A stretch of DNA of 26,385 bases from Octopus sinensis (taxonomy: Eukaryota), in the NCBI RefSeq assembly GCF_006345805.1, contig NW_021834773.1:1-26385 (forward strand), written 5' to 3'. This document shows positions 1 through 10,757 of the stretch, in pieces. Position numbers and translations under genes: made by a program. The stretch's first letter is position 1, and each line of letters starts with the position of its first letter. The notes under the pieces are model-generated. The model was not told the DNA's origin. It was given only the letters and a program-made list of their open reading frames with translations, and searched no databases.

Positions 1-39
1 TTCCAACTTGTTTTCTCTTGGAGCTGTCTGGGTGAGACT

Positions 40-1385
40 TGGTGCCAACTTGTACAAATGTAAAGCAAAAGTCAAACATATAATAATAATAGTCCCAGTG
101 ATAAGTTACAGCTACAATATCCTTAACTGTCCAAAATAGATAGGAAAACAAGAAAAATACTGACAGGATGCATCACCCAAAATCTGACATAGAAAGACTA
201 TATATACAACGTATAGAAGGTGGTAGAGGCCTTATACAGCTGGAAAACTACTATAGTAATAACCACCATAGGACTGCAAAAATATCTACTTCAGAAGGAA
301 GAAAACTGATCCTGATAGATAGCAAAACCCGAGCAAAACAAAAACTGTTCTCAGTATTTAAGGAAGCTGACAAATACAAAACAGAAATCATACCACCTAA
401 TAAACACGAATAAGAAGAAGATGATGAAGAAAAAACAAAAGCTATAAAACAAATGAAATCCAAACTAAAAATAGAACAGCAACGAACCATGATAAAACGA
501 TGGCAAGAAAAGCCCCTTCATGGTAATACTCCTGGACTAACTAAACGCAAAAGAAATAGACAAAGAAAAATCCAGCAATGGTTGAGAAGCTCAGGACTCA
601 AAGCAGAACAGAGGGATTTTAATTGCAGCACAAGACCAAAGCCTCCCCACCAGAAATTACCAAAACATTTAATGAAAAGAAATATTACAGTAACTACCGA
701 CATTAAATATGGAGATGGACAAGAAACAATATGTGGAGATGGACAAGAAACAATAAATCATATTATCTCTAGCTGCCCAGTCCTGGCTAAGAAGGAATAT
801 ATTCACAGACATGACAGAGTTGGAACCTACATACATTGGAAACTATGCCAACATTATGGAATAACCACAGAAAAAAAATGGTATAGGCAACACACCAGAA
901 AAGGTCACAGAAAACGAGAAGCAACCATACTCTGGGATATGCCGATACACACAGATAGAGAAATTAAGGCCAACAGACCAGATATAGTTGTCAGAGATCA
1001 TGAAGAAAAAAATGCTTTCTAATTGATGTATCAATCCCGGCAGATGACAACGTGCCTCTAAAAGAAATGGAGAAACTCTCAAAATACAAAGACCTGGAAT
1101 AGAGGTAACTAGAATGTGGAATCTGAAAACAGAAACAATTCCTATCATAGTAGGTGCATTAGGCATGATAAAAAAATATTCAGACAAATACATAACAAAA
1201 ACACCAGGACTTACAAACACATATAACATACAGAAAATTGCACTACTAGGCACTGCACACATCCTACGCAGAACACTTGCCATACAATAACCATCAGAGC
1301 ATCACAAACAAATCACAGCACATACCCAAGGCACACAGAGCTGCGCTCGGTAGTGAAGTGAAAGCACGCTATAAAAAATAAACTA

Positions 1386-1390
<5 letters not shown>
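40..1390 (+). mobile_element. Degenerate 3' portion of an RLE-type non-LTR retrotransposon (R4/Dong-like)
   Basis: Frameshifted ORF pieces give 'HPKSDIERLYIQRIEGGRGL', 'WQEKPLHG', a CCHC-like 'CGDGQETINHIISSCPVL', 'RHDRV', the RLE motif 'ANRPDIVVRD' and the C-terminus 'IQKIALLGTAHILRRTLAIQ*' (stop 1288-1290). A ~100-bp 3'UTR runs straight into (TAA)n. The 5' boundary is approximate. Confidence 0.9.
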
Positions 1391-1425
<35 letters not shown>

Positions 1426-1532
1426 TATAAAATAATAATAATAATGATAATAATAATAATAATAATGATAATAATAATAATAATAATGATATATAATAAT
1501 AAGATGATGATGATGATGATGATGATGATGAT
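1389..1532. repeat. (TAA)n/(TGA)n microsatellite
   Basis: Direct reading of the sequence. Confidence 0.97.
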
Positions 1533-1569
1533 AGAGCATAATAGTAAAGGTCGTGCCTATAATAATAAT

Positions 1570-1745
1570 TTGTACGTTGGGACCCCCGGTAGAACTCCTA
1601 CAAACTGTTTGTCTCTTAGAGACTGCAAAGATCGTCAGGAGGGTTCTAAGCTCTTGAAAGCCTGCTGGAAACTTGTAGATACCTAAAGTTACATGTAGTA
1701 ACCCGCTACCCACGTAAATCCAACTAGGAATAAGACCAAAACTGA
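1570..1745 (+). mobile_element. Short 3' fragment of a second R4/Dong-like LINE family
   Basis: Translates to 'ELLQTVCLLETAKIVRRVLSS*', similar to the C-terminus of the upstream element. It is preceded by (TAA)4. Confidence 0.65.
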
Positions 1746-1747
1746 GC

Positions 1748-2508
1748 TTTCTTTCTATAATAAGGCTTGAAATTTTGGGGGAGGGGACTAGTCGATTAGA
1801 TCGACCCCAGTGCCTGACTGGTACTTAATTTATTGATCCCAAGAGGATGAAAGGAGAAGTTGAACTCAGCGGAATTTGAACTCAGATCGTAGCAGCAGAC
1901 GAAATACCTATTTCTTTACTACCCACAAGGGGCTAAACACAGAGAGGACAAAACAGGACAGACAAACGGATTAAGTCGATTATATCGACCCCAGTGCGTA
2001 ACTGGTACTTATTTAATTGACCCGATAGATGAAAGGCAAAGTCGATCTCGGCGGAATTTGAACTCAGAATGTAGCAGCAGACGAACAAATACCTATTTCT
2101 TTACTACCCACAAGGGGCTAAACACAGAGAGGACAAACAAGGACAGACAAAGATTAAGTCGATTATATCGACCCCAGTGCGCAACTGGTACTTATTTAAT
2201 TGACCCCGAAAGGATTGAAAGGCAAAGTCGACTCGGCGGAATTTGAACTCAGAATGTAGCGGCAGACGAAATACCTATTTCTTTACTACCCATAAGGGGC
2301 TAAACACAGAGAGGACAAACAAGGACAGACAAACGGATTAAGTCGATTATATCGACCCCAGTGCGTAACTGGTACTTATTTAATTGACCCCGAAAGGATT
2401 AAAGGCAAAGTCGACCTCGGCGGAATTTGAACTCAGAATCTAGCTGCAGACGAAATACCGCTAAACATTTCGCCCGGCGTGCTAACGTTTCTGCCAGCTC
2501 GCCGCCTT
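1748..2508 (-). mobile_element. tRNA-derived SINE (family B) with its body tandemly repeated 4x (~184-bp unit)
   Basis: The minus-strand head GGCGGCGAGCTGGCAGAAACGTTAGC...GAGTTCAAATTCCGCC has A- and B-box-like motifs. 'atcgacccc' recurs at 1800, 1984, 2167 and 2351. Confidence 0.85.
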
Positions 2509-2528
2509 AATGATAATATTAATATTTA

Positions 2529-2740
2529 CAAGAGCACTCAGAGAGCGCAAACCTCCGCCAAGGCAACACCAATGTCCTCTCAACGATTAGCCAGAGATGA
2601 TTTTTAAAATGAGAATACCTGAAATAAACTCAACTGCTCTCACAAACGAGAATACTAAAAATGGACCCGACCGCTGTCAAAAATTAAGTAAAAAACTGGA
2701 AAAGTTGTCCAGGATCCCTGTCCGGTACCGAATCGATTCT
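2529..2740 (+). mobile_element. Probable non-autonomous Helentron/HINE-like fragment
   Basis: Starts ACAAGAGCACTCAGAGAGCGCAAACCTCCGCCAAGGC, resembling a terminus of non-autonomous rolling-circle repeats as I recall it. Not verified by search. Confidence 0.45.
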
Positions 2741-2835
2741 TAGCTCAAAATGTTTCGTCGCTTTGTTAGCAACCAGTTTGAACTCAAGAAGATCTTAAAT
2801 GAAACTCAAAGGAAGCTCATTCATTCATTTATTAA

Positions 2836-2990
2836 GCATACATATACCAAAATCTATAAATACTAAATTTTTGAAAGAAGGAGCGAAAGAAACTGATGCG
2901 GAATCTCCAAATCCAATCTATTAGCAGCGCAGTGAAGATTTGTGAGACAGTCCAAAGAATCTCCAACCGAAATTCTTTAGATAAATAGAT
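2836..2990 (+). mobile_element. 3' coding remnant of another RLE-clade LINE
   Basis: Reads 'AYIYQNL*ILNF*KKERKKLMRNLQIQSISSAVKICETVQRI', which resembles C-termini of RLE non-LTR ORFs (..LIRxLQxxSIxGTVKICKTF). It has in-frame stops. Confidence 0.45.
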
Positions 2991-3266
2991 AAATACACTT
3001 GACTGTGTGCATCGGCAGTTCAAACAAACACACCAACTCAATCACATATTCACAAATGGTGGGAACTCTCTTAACTGAGAAAAGTCTTTTCGCTTTGTAA
3101 GCAAACGGCTTGAACTCTCTCCAGAAGAACGTAAATAAATTTAAATTAAACCATACGTGTTATTTTTTAATTATTCAAAAAAAAAAAAAAATCAAAATCA
3201 AAAGAAAATGCGTATTTTAAAAAAGTAAGATATATATATATATATATATATATTTATTTATATATA

Positions 3267-3623
3267 GGCGCAGGAGGCTGTGTGGTAAGTAGCTTGTTTA
3301 CCAACCACATGGTTTCGGGTTCAGTCCCACTGCGTGGCACCTTGGGCAAGTGTCTTCTACTATAGCCTCGGGCTGACCAAAACCTTGTGAGTGGATTTGG
3401 TAGACGGAAACTGAAAGAAGCCCGTCATATATATGTATATATATATGCGTTTGTGACAACCGATGCTGGTGTGTTTATGTCCCCGTCACTTAGCGGTTCG
3501 GCAAAAGAGACCGATAGAATAAGTACTGGGCTTACAAAAGAATAAGTCCCGGGGTCGAGTTGCTCGATTAAAGGCGGTGCTCCAGCATGGCCGCAGTCAA
3601 ATGACTGAAACAAGTAAAAGAGA
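3267..3623 (+). mobile_element. tRNA-derived SINE (family A, CORE-like) with internal (TA)n
   Basis: Head GGCGCAGGAGGCTGTGTGGTAAG...GGGTTCAGTCCC, CORE-like CCTTGGGCAAGTGTCTT, tail ...GACTGAAACAAGTAAAAGAG. Several copies occur in the window. Confidence 0.88.
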
Positions 3624-3811
3624 GAATATGTATATATATATATATGTATGTTTGTGTATATATACATGTATGTATATATATAACGGGAAGCTTTATGAAA
3701 ATAGACAAAAGACGAAGGCAGGTTTACGGAAATAAAGAAAAGACGAAGCCAGGTGGAATACAAACAAACAATTGTATTAGTATGGCGCTCAGGAAATATA
3801 AATAAAACAAG

Positions 3812-3849
3812 TCTTTAACGTTTCGAGCCTACGCTCTTCAACAGAAAGA
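3812..3849 (-). ncRNA. Minimal type I hammerhead-like motif, variant core (CUGUUGA)
   Basis: Reverse complement: UCUUU-CUGUUGA-A-GAGC-GUAG-GCUC-GAAAC-GUU-AAAGA. Stem I is 5 bp, stem II is 4 bp and stem III is reduced to the palindrome AACGUU. Confidence 0.6.
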
Positions 3850-4241
3850 TACACAGAGAAGAAACACAGAAAGGAGAGAAAAAAATGCGTGCAGAGGCTA
3901 GCGAATCAACATGGCAATCTGATTTCGGCCAGAAGTCAAAGATCAAACGAGAGACGCAAGAGCGAAATTAGGGGAGATAATAGGGTTAAATGACCTCGCT
4001 TCAACATAAGAGTGTGTGTGTGTATGAGAAGAGTGTGTGTGTGTGTATGAGAGGTCTGGACATGTGTATGTATATATGATGTGATGTGTAAAGTCGTATG
4101 GTGTAGTGTAGAGAGAGAGGAGATGAGGGAAGAGGGGGGATGTAAGGGGGAAGAGGGGCGGGTGAGAAAGAAAGTGGAGAAGGAAAGGGGAGAAGAGGAG
4201 GGGGAAGGGGGAGAAGGAAGGAGAGGAGAAGAGGAGTGTCC

Positions 4242-4277
4242 CTTTCTGTAGAAGAGCGTAGGCTCGAAACGTAAAAG
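4242..4277 (+). ncRNA. Minimal type I hammerhead-like motif, variant core (CUGUAGA)
   Basis: CUUU-CUGUAGA-A-GAGC-GUAG-GCUC-GAAAC-GUA-AAAG. Confidence 0.6.
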
Positions 4278-5040
4278 ACTTTTTCTATTCCTGAGCGTTA
4301 TACAAATAGAACTGTCTTCGTCTTTTGTTTCTTTTCGTAAACTCTGCCTATATATATATATATAATAGAAATATTAAAATTACTAAGTCTCTATAAAAGA
4401 GATTATGGCAGCGTTTACTGGAAAGTAATTGTTATCGCCATATTAATATGGCATTCTTATAGATATAAGAATAATCGCTGCCATGGTCAGCTCCATGAGG
4501 CCACCGCCATCAAGATAGCTATTGATACACGATCTGTATCCATTATAACCTTCGGACATGTATATATATATATATCTATATATATGAATGTGATGTGTGT
4601 GTGCAGTGTGACAGTCTGGACAAGTGCTGTCTTCACTCTCCGTTTCTGTAAATATTGCATACTCCTCCGACAAGTAGAAGTAAATTGAAGACGGTGATTA
4701 ACAGATAAAGGCTATTCAAAATAGACAGGGACTCATCGTAGTAACCAATGGAAGGGTGAGTCGTATAATGTCAAATATGAAGTTTCGGATTGTATGAAGA
4801 AAGAAACGACAAAACAGAAGAAGCAGGTTAAAACAATATTTATTGGAAAGTAATAACGAAAAAAGAAAAAAAAAATAATAGAACGATATTTTTTCAAAGC
4901 GTAAATATTGATTCAAAAGAGCAGAAAAATCTGTCAGTAACCAGCCATGAAGATCAAAGGGCTGTGAGTTCGATTCGCATGGCTGGTTGCTGACAGATAA
5001 CACAATAATTAATGTTGTATGTTTGTTAGCTGTAGTAAGT

Positions 5041-5068
5041 TATATATATATATATATGTATATATATA

Positions 5069-5124
<56 letters not shown>

Positions 5125-5190
5125 ATAATATATATATATGTGTGTGTTGTGTGTGTGTGTGTGTGTGTATGTATGTGTGTGTGTGTGTGT
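5041..5190. repeat. (TA)n-(TG)n compound microsatellite
   Basis: Direct reading of the sequence. Confidence 0.97.
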
Positions 5191-5341
5191 TGTACGAAAC
5201 ATAACTAGATACACACATATCAATGTAGTTATATTACAGTTTGTTATGCTAAGGCAATTACAGTACTCAATACATGGTGTTCAATTTATTCATGTAATTA
5301 ACTGAGGGTTTTGACTACTACTCCAGTTTCATGCTCGGTGA

Positions 5342-5619
5342 TCATTCATGTGACCTTTCTTGATATTCATTGGTCAATCCATCTGACACTTTTCTCTCAT
5401 TGGTCAGTCCATTGCGTACATTTCTTCCATTGGTCAAGCTAGTTAGGTCACCGTCTTTCTGGTGTTGTATTGGGGAGGAAATGACTGGAAGTTGTAGTAG
5501 TAGTCGTAGTAGTAGTAGTAGTAGTAGTAGTAGCAGTAGTAGTAGTGCTAGTGTAGTTGAAAAGATTGGTGACAGAAACAGTGGTGGTGGTGGAGATTGT
5601 GGTAGGGTAATGCGAGAAA
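5342..5619 (-). CDS. Candidate terminal coding exon (Pro-rich, poly-Leu, 10-aa repeats), protein unknown
   Basis: Acceptor ttctctcttttgaaag|. The phase-1 frame is open for 92 codons including the TGA at 5342, and AATAAA lies at 5285-5290 on the minus strand. No homolog recognised. Confidence 0.3.
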
Positions 5620-5695
5620 CTTTCAAAAGAGAGAATGATTCATGTCACCCTGCCCCCACCAAAAAAAAAGGGGTTTGGGAAGTAACCTGTTGCTC

Positions 5696-6010
5696 CTACG
5701 TCGAGATACTGTTCCCAGTTTTTTTTTTTTTTATAAAACTAGGAATTTCTAAAATAGCGAAACGAAATCGAAAAATAGACGAAATGTGTTGATTCAGGAG
5801 ACGGACACTGATTTTGTGAAATCTTTAACTACTACTACTACTGCTGCTGCTACGTCGAGATACTGTTCCTAGTTTTTTTTTTATAAAACTAGGAATTTAT
5901 AAAATACCGAAACGAAATCGAAAAATAGACGAAATGTGTTGATTCAGCAGATGGACACTGATTTTGTGAAATCTTTAACTACTACTACTAATACTATTGC
6001 TGCTGCTGCT
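5696..6010. repeat. Tandem duplication, 2 x ~154 bp
   Basis: 'tacgtcgagatactgttcc...gtgaaatctttaactactactac' starts at 5697 and again at 5851. Confidence 0.92.
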
Positions 6011-6093
6011 GTTGCTCTTCGTTGACGCCCGACACCACTGGGAGGGGCCCTCGAAGTCGCAGGAAATGCTACGACTACTACTACTACTACAAA

Positions 6094-6150
6094 TTCTTTC
6101 TGCTTTAGGCACAAGGCCAAAACTTTTGTGGGGAGGGACAGTCGATTACA
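6094..6150 (-). mobile_element. 3' tail fragment of SINE family B
   Basis: Similar to 1748-1800 (ttctttct...aagg...ttttg.ggggaggg.ac.agtcgatta). Confidence 0.55.
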
Positions 6151-6878
6151 TGATGTAGAGTATATATGATATTGTATATATGTATGTATGTATATATATA
6201 TAGGATCTATATAGTGAATATATGATAGAGTTAAATGTTAAAGAAAAGTATAACAACAAAGCTAGAAAGGTTTAAAAGAAAATGTTCTGTCTTCTTTGCC
6301 TTTGTTGAGAGCGACTAAGCCGCTCTTTCCATTACAGGTTTATGTCATCCGGTCCACATGACCACCCCCCATCACACACACACCTCTTGTAGTACAGTTT
6401 ATGATAGTTGTTATAGTAGTTCTAAATACACTAATGTTCTAACTAGTAGCATTGATATCTTCTTAGTCTCCTTCTAAACTTAACCAATCGACCATTTTGA
6501 AAGTCCCGAAGATTCCAGTCACTACTAATAGTAGTATTAGTAGTATTAGTTGTAATATTAGTAGTAGCTAGTAATAACAGTAGTCGTAGTAATAGTGCCA
6601 TGTTGCTACAACCTGCACCCCCCCCCTTGCTAATCTGTATGGAATCTTCTTTATGTCCTACCATTTCTACTTTGTGTACGCCCTCCACCCTATCCTTTTT
6701 AAGGAGTTGCTGACTTTAGTGTTTCATTGTTTTAATATTACTACACACAAAACATGTTAGTGCAACCCCTATAAAAATCCCTACAACAACCCCTACAGCA
6801 ACCCCTACACAAAACCCTACTGCAACCCCTGAAAATGTGATAGTAGCTGCATTCCCAGCGTAAGCTGCCGTCATAGCA

Positions 6879-6970
6879 CTAGGTGCTGTCACTAAAACCA
6901 TTGCGCTTCTTTTTGGTGTTACTTTCCTCGACCAAGAATTCCTGCAGCAAATCACTCGGCAAAATTCTCA
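6879..6970 (-). CDS. Candidate terminal coding exon: (L)RILPSDLLQEFLVEESNTKKKRNGFSDST*
   Basis: Strong acceptor tttatttgttttataattgcag|. Only phase 1 stays open (the other phases stop within 6 codons), and that phase matches the 24-nt microexon upstream. Non-repetitive sequence. Confidence 0.55.
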
Positions 6971-7265
6971 CTGCAATTATAAAACAAATAAATAAATAGA
7001 TAAATAAATAAATATTAAATGATATAACTAAATAAATTTAAAAAACAACCATTATTAAAACCATTAATCAATTTCTATTCTGTCAGCTGATTTCGTTTTT
7101 GTAAAGATAGCAGCCATTATCCCTTAAATCACAATTGCCTGATTGACATAGCAGGAGTACAGTAGAACCGTAGGTAGGTAGGTAGGTAGGTTGATAGATA
7201 GACGGATAGGTAAATAGATAGGCAGATAGATGGATAGAAAGATAGACAGAAATATATATACATAC

Positions 7266-7430
7266 AGGCGTAGGAGTGGCTGTGTGGTAAGTAGCTTGCT
7301 TACGAACCACATGGTTCCGGGTTCAGTCCCACTGCATGGCACCTAGGGTAAGTGTCTTCTATACTATAACCTCGGACCGACCAAAGCCTTGTGAGTGGAT
7401 TTGGTAGACGGAAACAAAAGAAGCCCGTCG

Positions 7431-7515
<85 letters not shown>

Positions 7516-7800
7516 AATGGCGGTGCCCCAGCATGGCCACAGCTCATGAGCTGAAACTGGAAAAATATCTATATATATATATATATATATATATGTTTGT
7601 GTATCTGTGTTTGTCCCCCCTAGCATTGCCTGACAACCGATGCTGGTGTGTTTATGTCCCCGTCACTTAGCGGTTCGGCAAAAGAGACCGATAGAGTTAG
7701 GGCTTACAAAGAATAAGTCCCGGGGTTGAGTTGCTCGATTAAAGGCGGTGCTCCAGCATGGCCGCGGTCAAATGACTGAAACAAGTAAAAGAATAAAAGA
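7266..7800 (+). mobile_element. SINE family A, full length with internal (TA)n and an embedded related tail (7518-7565)
   Basis: High similarity to 3267-3623. Confidence 0.88.
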
Positions 7801-7829
7801 GTAAGAGTAATAGTATATATGTACGTGCG

Positions 7830-8032
7830 TGTTTGTGTGTCTGTGTTTGTCCCCCCAACATCGCTTGACAATCGATGCTGGTGTGTTTACGTCCCCGTAA
7901 CTTAGCGGTCCGGCAAAAAAGGGACCGATAAAATAAGTACTAGGCTTACAAAGTTAAGTCCTGGGGTCGATTTGATCGACTAAAGGCGCTACTCCAGCAT
8001 GACCACAGTCACATGACTGAAACAAGTAAAAT
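7830..8032 (+). mobile_element. SINE family A, 3' half
   Basis: Repeats 7595-7790. Confidence 0.85.
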
Positions 8033-8187
8033 AGTAAGAAGAGAGAGTATACATGCTACCTACAAACACCCATGCATACATACATAGGAATATAGCTAGG
8101 TAGATATACAGGGAGGCAGGCAGGTAGATACAGAGACAAATAGAGAGACAGAGAAACGGATAGGCAGAGAGATGGATAGATAGATAA

Positions 8188-8636
8188 GTTTCTTTAAAGA
8201 CACACAGGACTGAACACAGATGGGACAAATTACAAGGTAGAGCTTTTCTTTTTGCGGATGTAAAAAAAAAAAAGTGGCGTAGTTTTTCGATCAAAAGGGA
8301 TTGTAAAAGGGAAAAAAGAAAAAAAGGAAAAGAAACAAAAGAAAAGAAAAAAGAAAAAAAGAAGAAAAAAGGAAAAAGGGGAAGAGGAAAAAAAATGCTC
8401 AATAGGCATCGTGGTATCACAGTGTCATGATGTACGGTGTAAAGGGGGAAGCAGATAATGTTTATCCGTGGGAAGAAAAGCCTACGAAAAAGACCACGGT
8501 AACCCGGTTAATATTGTTATGTTACACTTTATTTTTTGCAAGTGGGTAACCCACTGTTTTCAATTTCTGGGTTCATAGGATTATGCTCAAGGTGGCTTCG
8601 TCATTCATACGTGCCATCCTTGCTACATTCACCCAT
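8188..8636 (-). mobile_element. Tx1/L1-like LINE 3' end (5'-truncated)
   Basis: Homologous to 15724-16145, encodes 'WVNVARMARMNDEATLSIIL*' and is flanked by GATA repeats. Confidence 0.85.
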
Positions 8637-8783
8637 GGATAGATAAATAAATAGATATTTGGTTTTACAGATTGACGGTTACATAGAGGGACAGACAGAC
8701 TGACAGATAAACAGATAGAAGGATAGATATAGTTAGATAGCCAGAGAACGGATAGGTAGACAGATTATCTATCTATCTATCTA

Positions 8784-9092
8784 CATCATGTGACCGACCA
8801 GGCTAATCAGATGTTGTTACACATCGCTGGTCACAATGCGCTTCGCATTGTTTTAGCCTTCAAATGACGCCACCCCGCTGGCTAAGCGAGCAGGCCAACA
8901 GAAGAAAGAGTGAGAGAAAGTGGTGGCGAAAGAGTACACCAGGGATCGCCACACCCCCCCCCCTGCCGGAGCCTCGGGGAGCTTTCAGGTGTTTTCGCTC
9001 AATAAACACTCACAACGCCCGGTCTGGGAATCGAAACCGCGATCCTACGACCGCGAGTCAGCTGCCCTAACCACTGGGCCATTGCGCCTACA
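8784..9092 (-). mobile_element. tRNA-derived SINE (family C), tail type 1
   Basis: Minus-strand head GGCGCAATGGCCCAGTGGTTAGG...GGTTTCGATTCCC with A and B boxes. Confidence 0.85.
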
Positions 9093-9254
9093 CACACACA
9101 TATATATATATACATATATATATATATACATATATTATATATATATATACATATATATAGATATACATATATATATATACCATATATATATATATACACA
9201 TATATATATACATATACACATATATATATACATACACATATATACAACAATATA

Positions 9255-9287
<33 letters not shown>

Positions 9288-9296
9288 ACATATACA

Positions 9297-9328
<32 letters not shown>

Positions 9329-9345
9329 CATATATATATATATAC

Positions 9346-9380
<35 letters not shown>

Positions 9381-9433
9381 CTATATATATATACATATAT
9401 ATATGTATATTATATATATATATATATATATAT
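9093..9433. repeat. (TA)n/(TACA)n microsatellite
   Basis: Direct reading of the sequence. Confidence 0.97.
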
Positions 9434-9434
9434 A

Positions 9435-10545
9435 CTAGCTGAAGGTGACCCGCTCTACGCGCGGGTAAGAGGTGGGTGTTACTTTCTGTTGCTTCCTTTC
9501 AGCACGTAAAAAGCACCATCCGAACGTGGCCGATTGCAGCACCACTTTGACTTGCTTCTGTGCTGGTGGCACGTAAAAAGCACCAACCGATCGTTGCCAC
9601 TTGCGAGCCCCCCTGGCGGCACGAAGAAAGCACTCACTAACTCACAGTGTGGTTGGCGTTAGGAAGGTCATCCACCTGTAGAAACCTGCAGATCAGACCG
9701 GAGCCTGGTGCAGCCTCTGGCTTCCGAGACCCGGTCACACTGCCCACCCGTATTTGTTCTCTCTCCTCCTTTCTCTCTCACTTTCCCACTCTCTTACTTT
9801 TCTTTTCTCTCTGACTCTCCCTCGCTTTCTCTACTCTCTATCTTCATCTATCTCTCTCCCATTTATAACAATAACAGAAGATCTTGATAAGTTGAGAAAT
9901 AAAATATTTAGAAAGATCATCAGAAATATGAGGCAGTGGCAATGGAAAGGTCTGCTTCAAGGCAGACAGCAAAACGCTAACATTCAAACAGACGAACTTG
10001 CGAGCTGAATAAAATAATAAAATATTGGAAACCAAAGTTTGAAGGTATAGAATCTGAGGATAGTAAGTCACCATGGCTGGCATTTGTTAACCGACGGACA
10101 GCAACGTAGTGACAGTTTAACGGCTGGCGTAAATTTTGAACTTGATGTAAAAGAAAATTCGTAAACACCATTTTTGAGTGATTCTTTCTCACGACAGTAG
10201 ACTCACCATGGCAAGCATTCAAAACTTCTTTATCATGGACAGCAACACATTGACGATTAAAGGCTGACGCAAATTTTTTTACCTATGCAACAGAGAATTG
10301 CTAAACACCCGCTCTTTGAAATTTTAATCCCCTTCCAGCCCCATTTAGACCCCTTTTCACATTTTGGTTATATAACCCGATTTCATTCGGTGTACTGGGC
10401 GCCACATTTTATAAGATGAGGAATTTTGTCCTAGAGGTGACGCCTTTCATTTGAGGAACAAAATAGTTGTGATGCAAACTTGTCAGCACCTTTAACATAG
10501 GTGTGCATATTTTCAGGTGAATCGACCGACTACGACTACGTAATG
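9435..10545 (-). mobile_element. Non-autonomous Helitron (3' end at 9435; 5' extent uncertain)
   Basis: Minus-strand hairpin ACCCGC-GCGTAGA-GCGGGT lies 9 nt before the terminal CTAG|T. It carries a SINE-like repeat segment at ~9485-9750. Confidence 0.65.
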
Positions 10546-10555
10546 CACACATATA

Positions 10556-10599
<44 letters not shown>

Positions 10600-10654
10600 G
10601 TGTTGTGTGTGTGCACGCATTATATATACAAATGTATACAAATGAGATATATAT

Positions 10655-10750
10655 CTGTAATAAATTAAATTAGAGATAAAACCACTAATAGGCAAATCAA
10701 CAGTGAAAAACCAAAAAAAACAAAAACATAAAAAAAGAAATATAACATAG
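10655..10750 (-). mobile_element. Penelope-like terminus fragment
   Basis: Reverse complement TAGTGGTTTTATCTCTAATTTAATTT resembles 22347-22372, the terminus downstream of the canonical hammerhead. It abuts TA repeats. Confidence 0.4.
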
Positions 10751-10757
10751 AAAAATA

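Larger units (their letters stand above)
3681..4350. mobile_element. Penelope-like non-autonomous element with inverted pseudo-LTR termini
   Basis: 3716-3849 and 4242-4349 are imperfect inverted repeats, each carrying a hammerhead-like motif. (TA)n flanks both ends. Confidence 0.65.

Noticed and set aside
1748-2508. Regularly spaced repeats resembling a CRISPR array
   Set aside because: The whole 184-bp unit repeats with no unique spacers, there are no cas genes, and the context is eukaryotic.
2755-3140. Imperfect ~50-bp direct repeats (2755-2803 and 3088-3140) as LTRs or a TSD
   Set aside because: They are too diverged and lack TG..CA termini, a PBS or a PPT, so they cannot be assigned.
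4443-4800. Unique-looking sequence with ORF MSEEYAIFTETESEDSTCPDCH
   Set aside because: No convincing splice-site pair or recognisable homology, and it is interrupted by (TA)n.
5370-5792. 140-aa plus-strand poly-Ser ORF
   Set aside because: It has a non-ATG start, is driven by (AGT)n and runs into a tandem duplication. Splice and poly(A) signals favour the minus strand.
9015-9092. tRNA-like sequence (also at 13360-13438, 2425-2508 and 3267-3340)
   Set aside because: These are SINE heads. They continue into repeat bodies and lack a proper acceptor stem and terminator.
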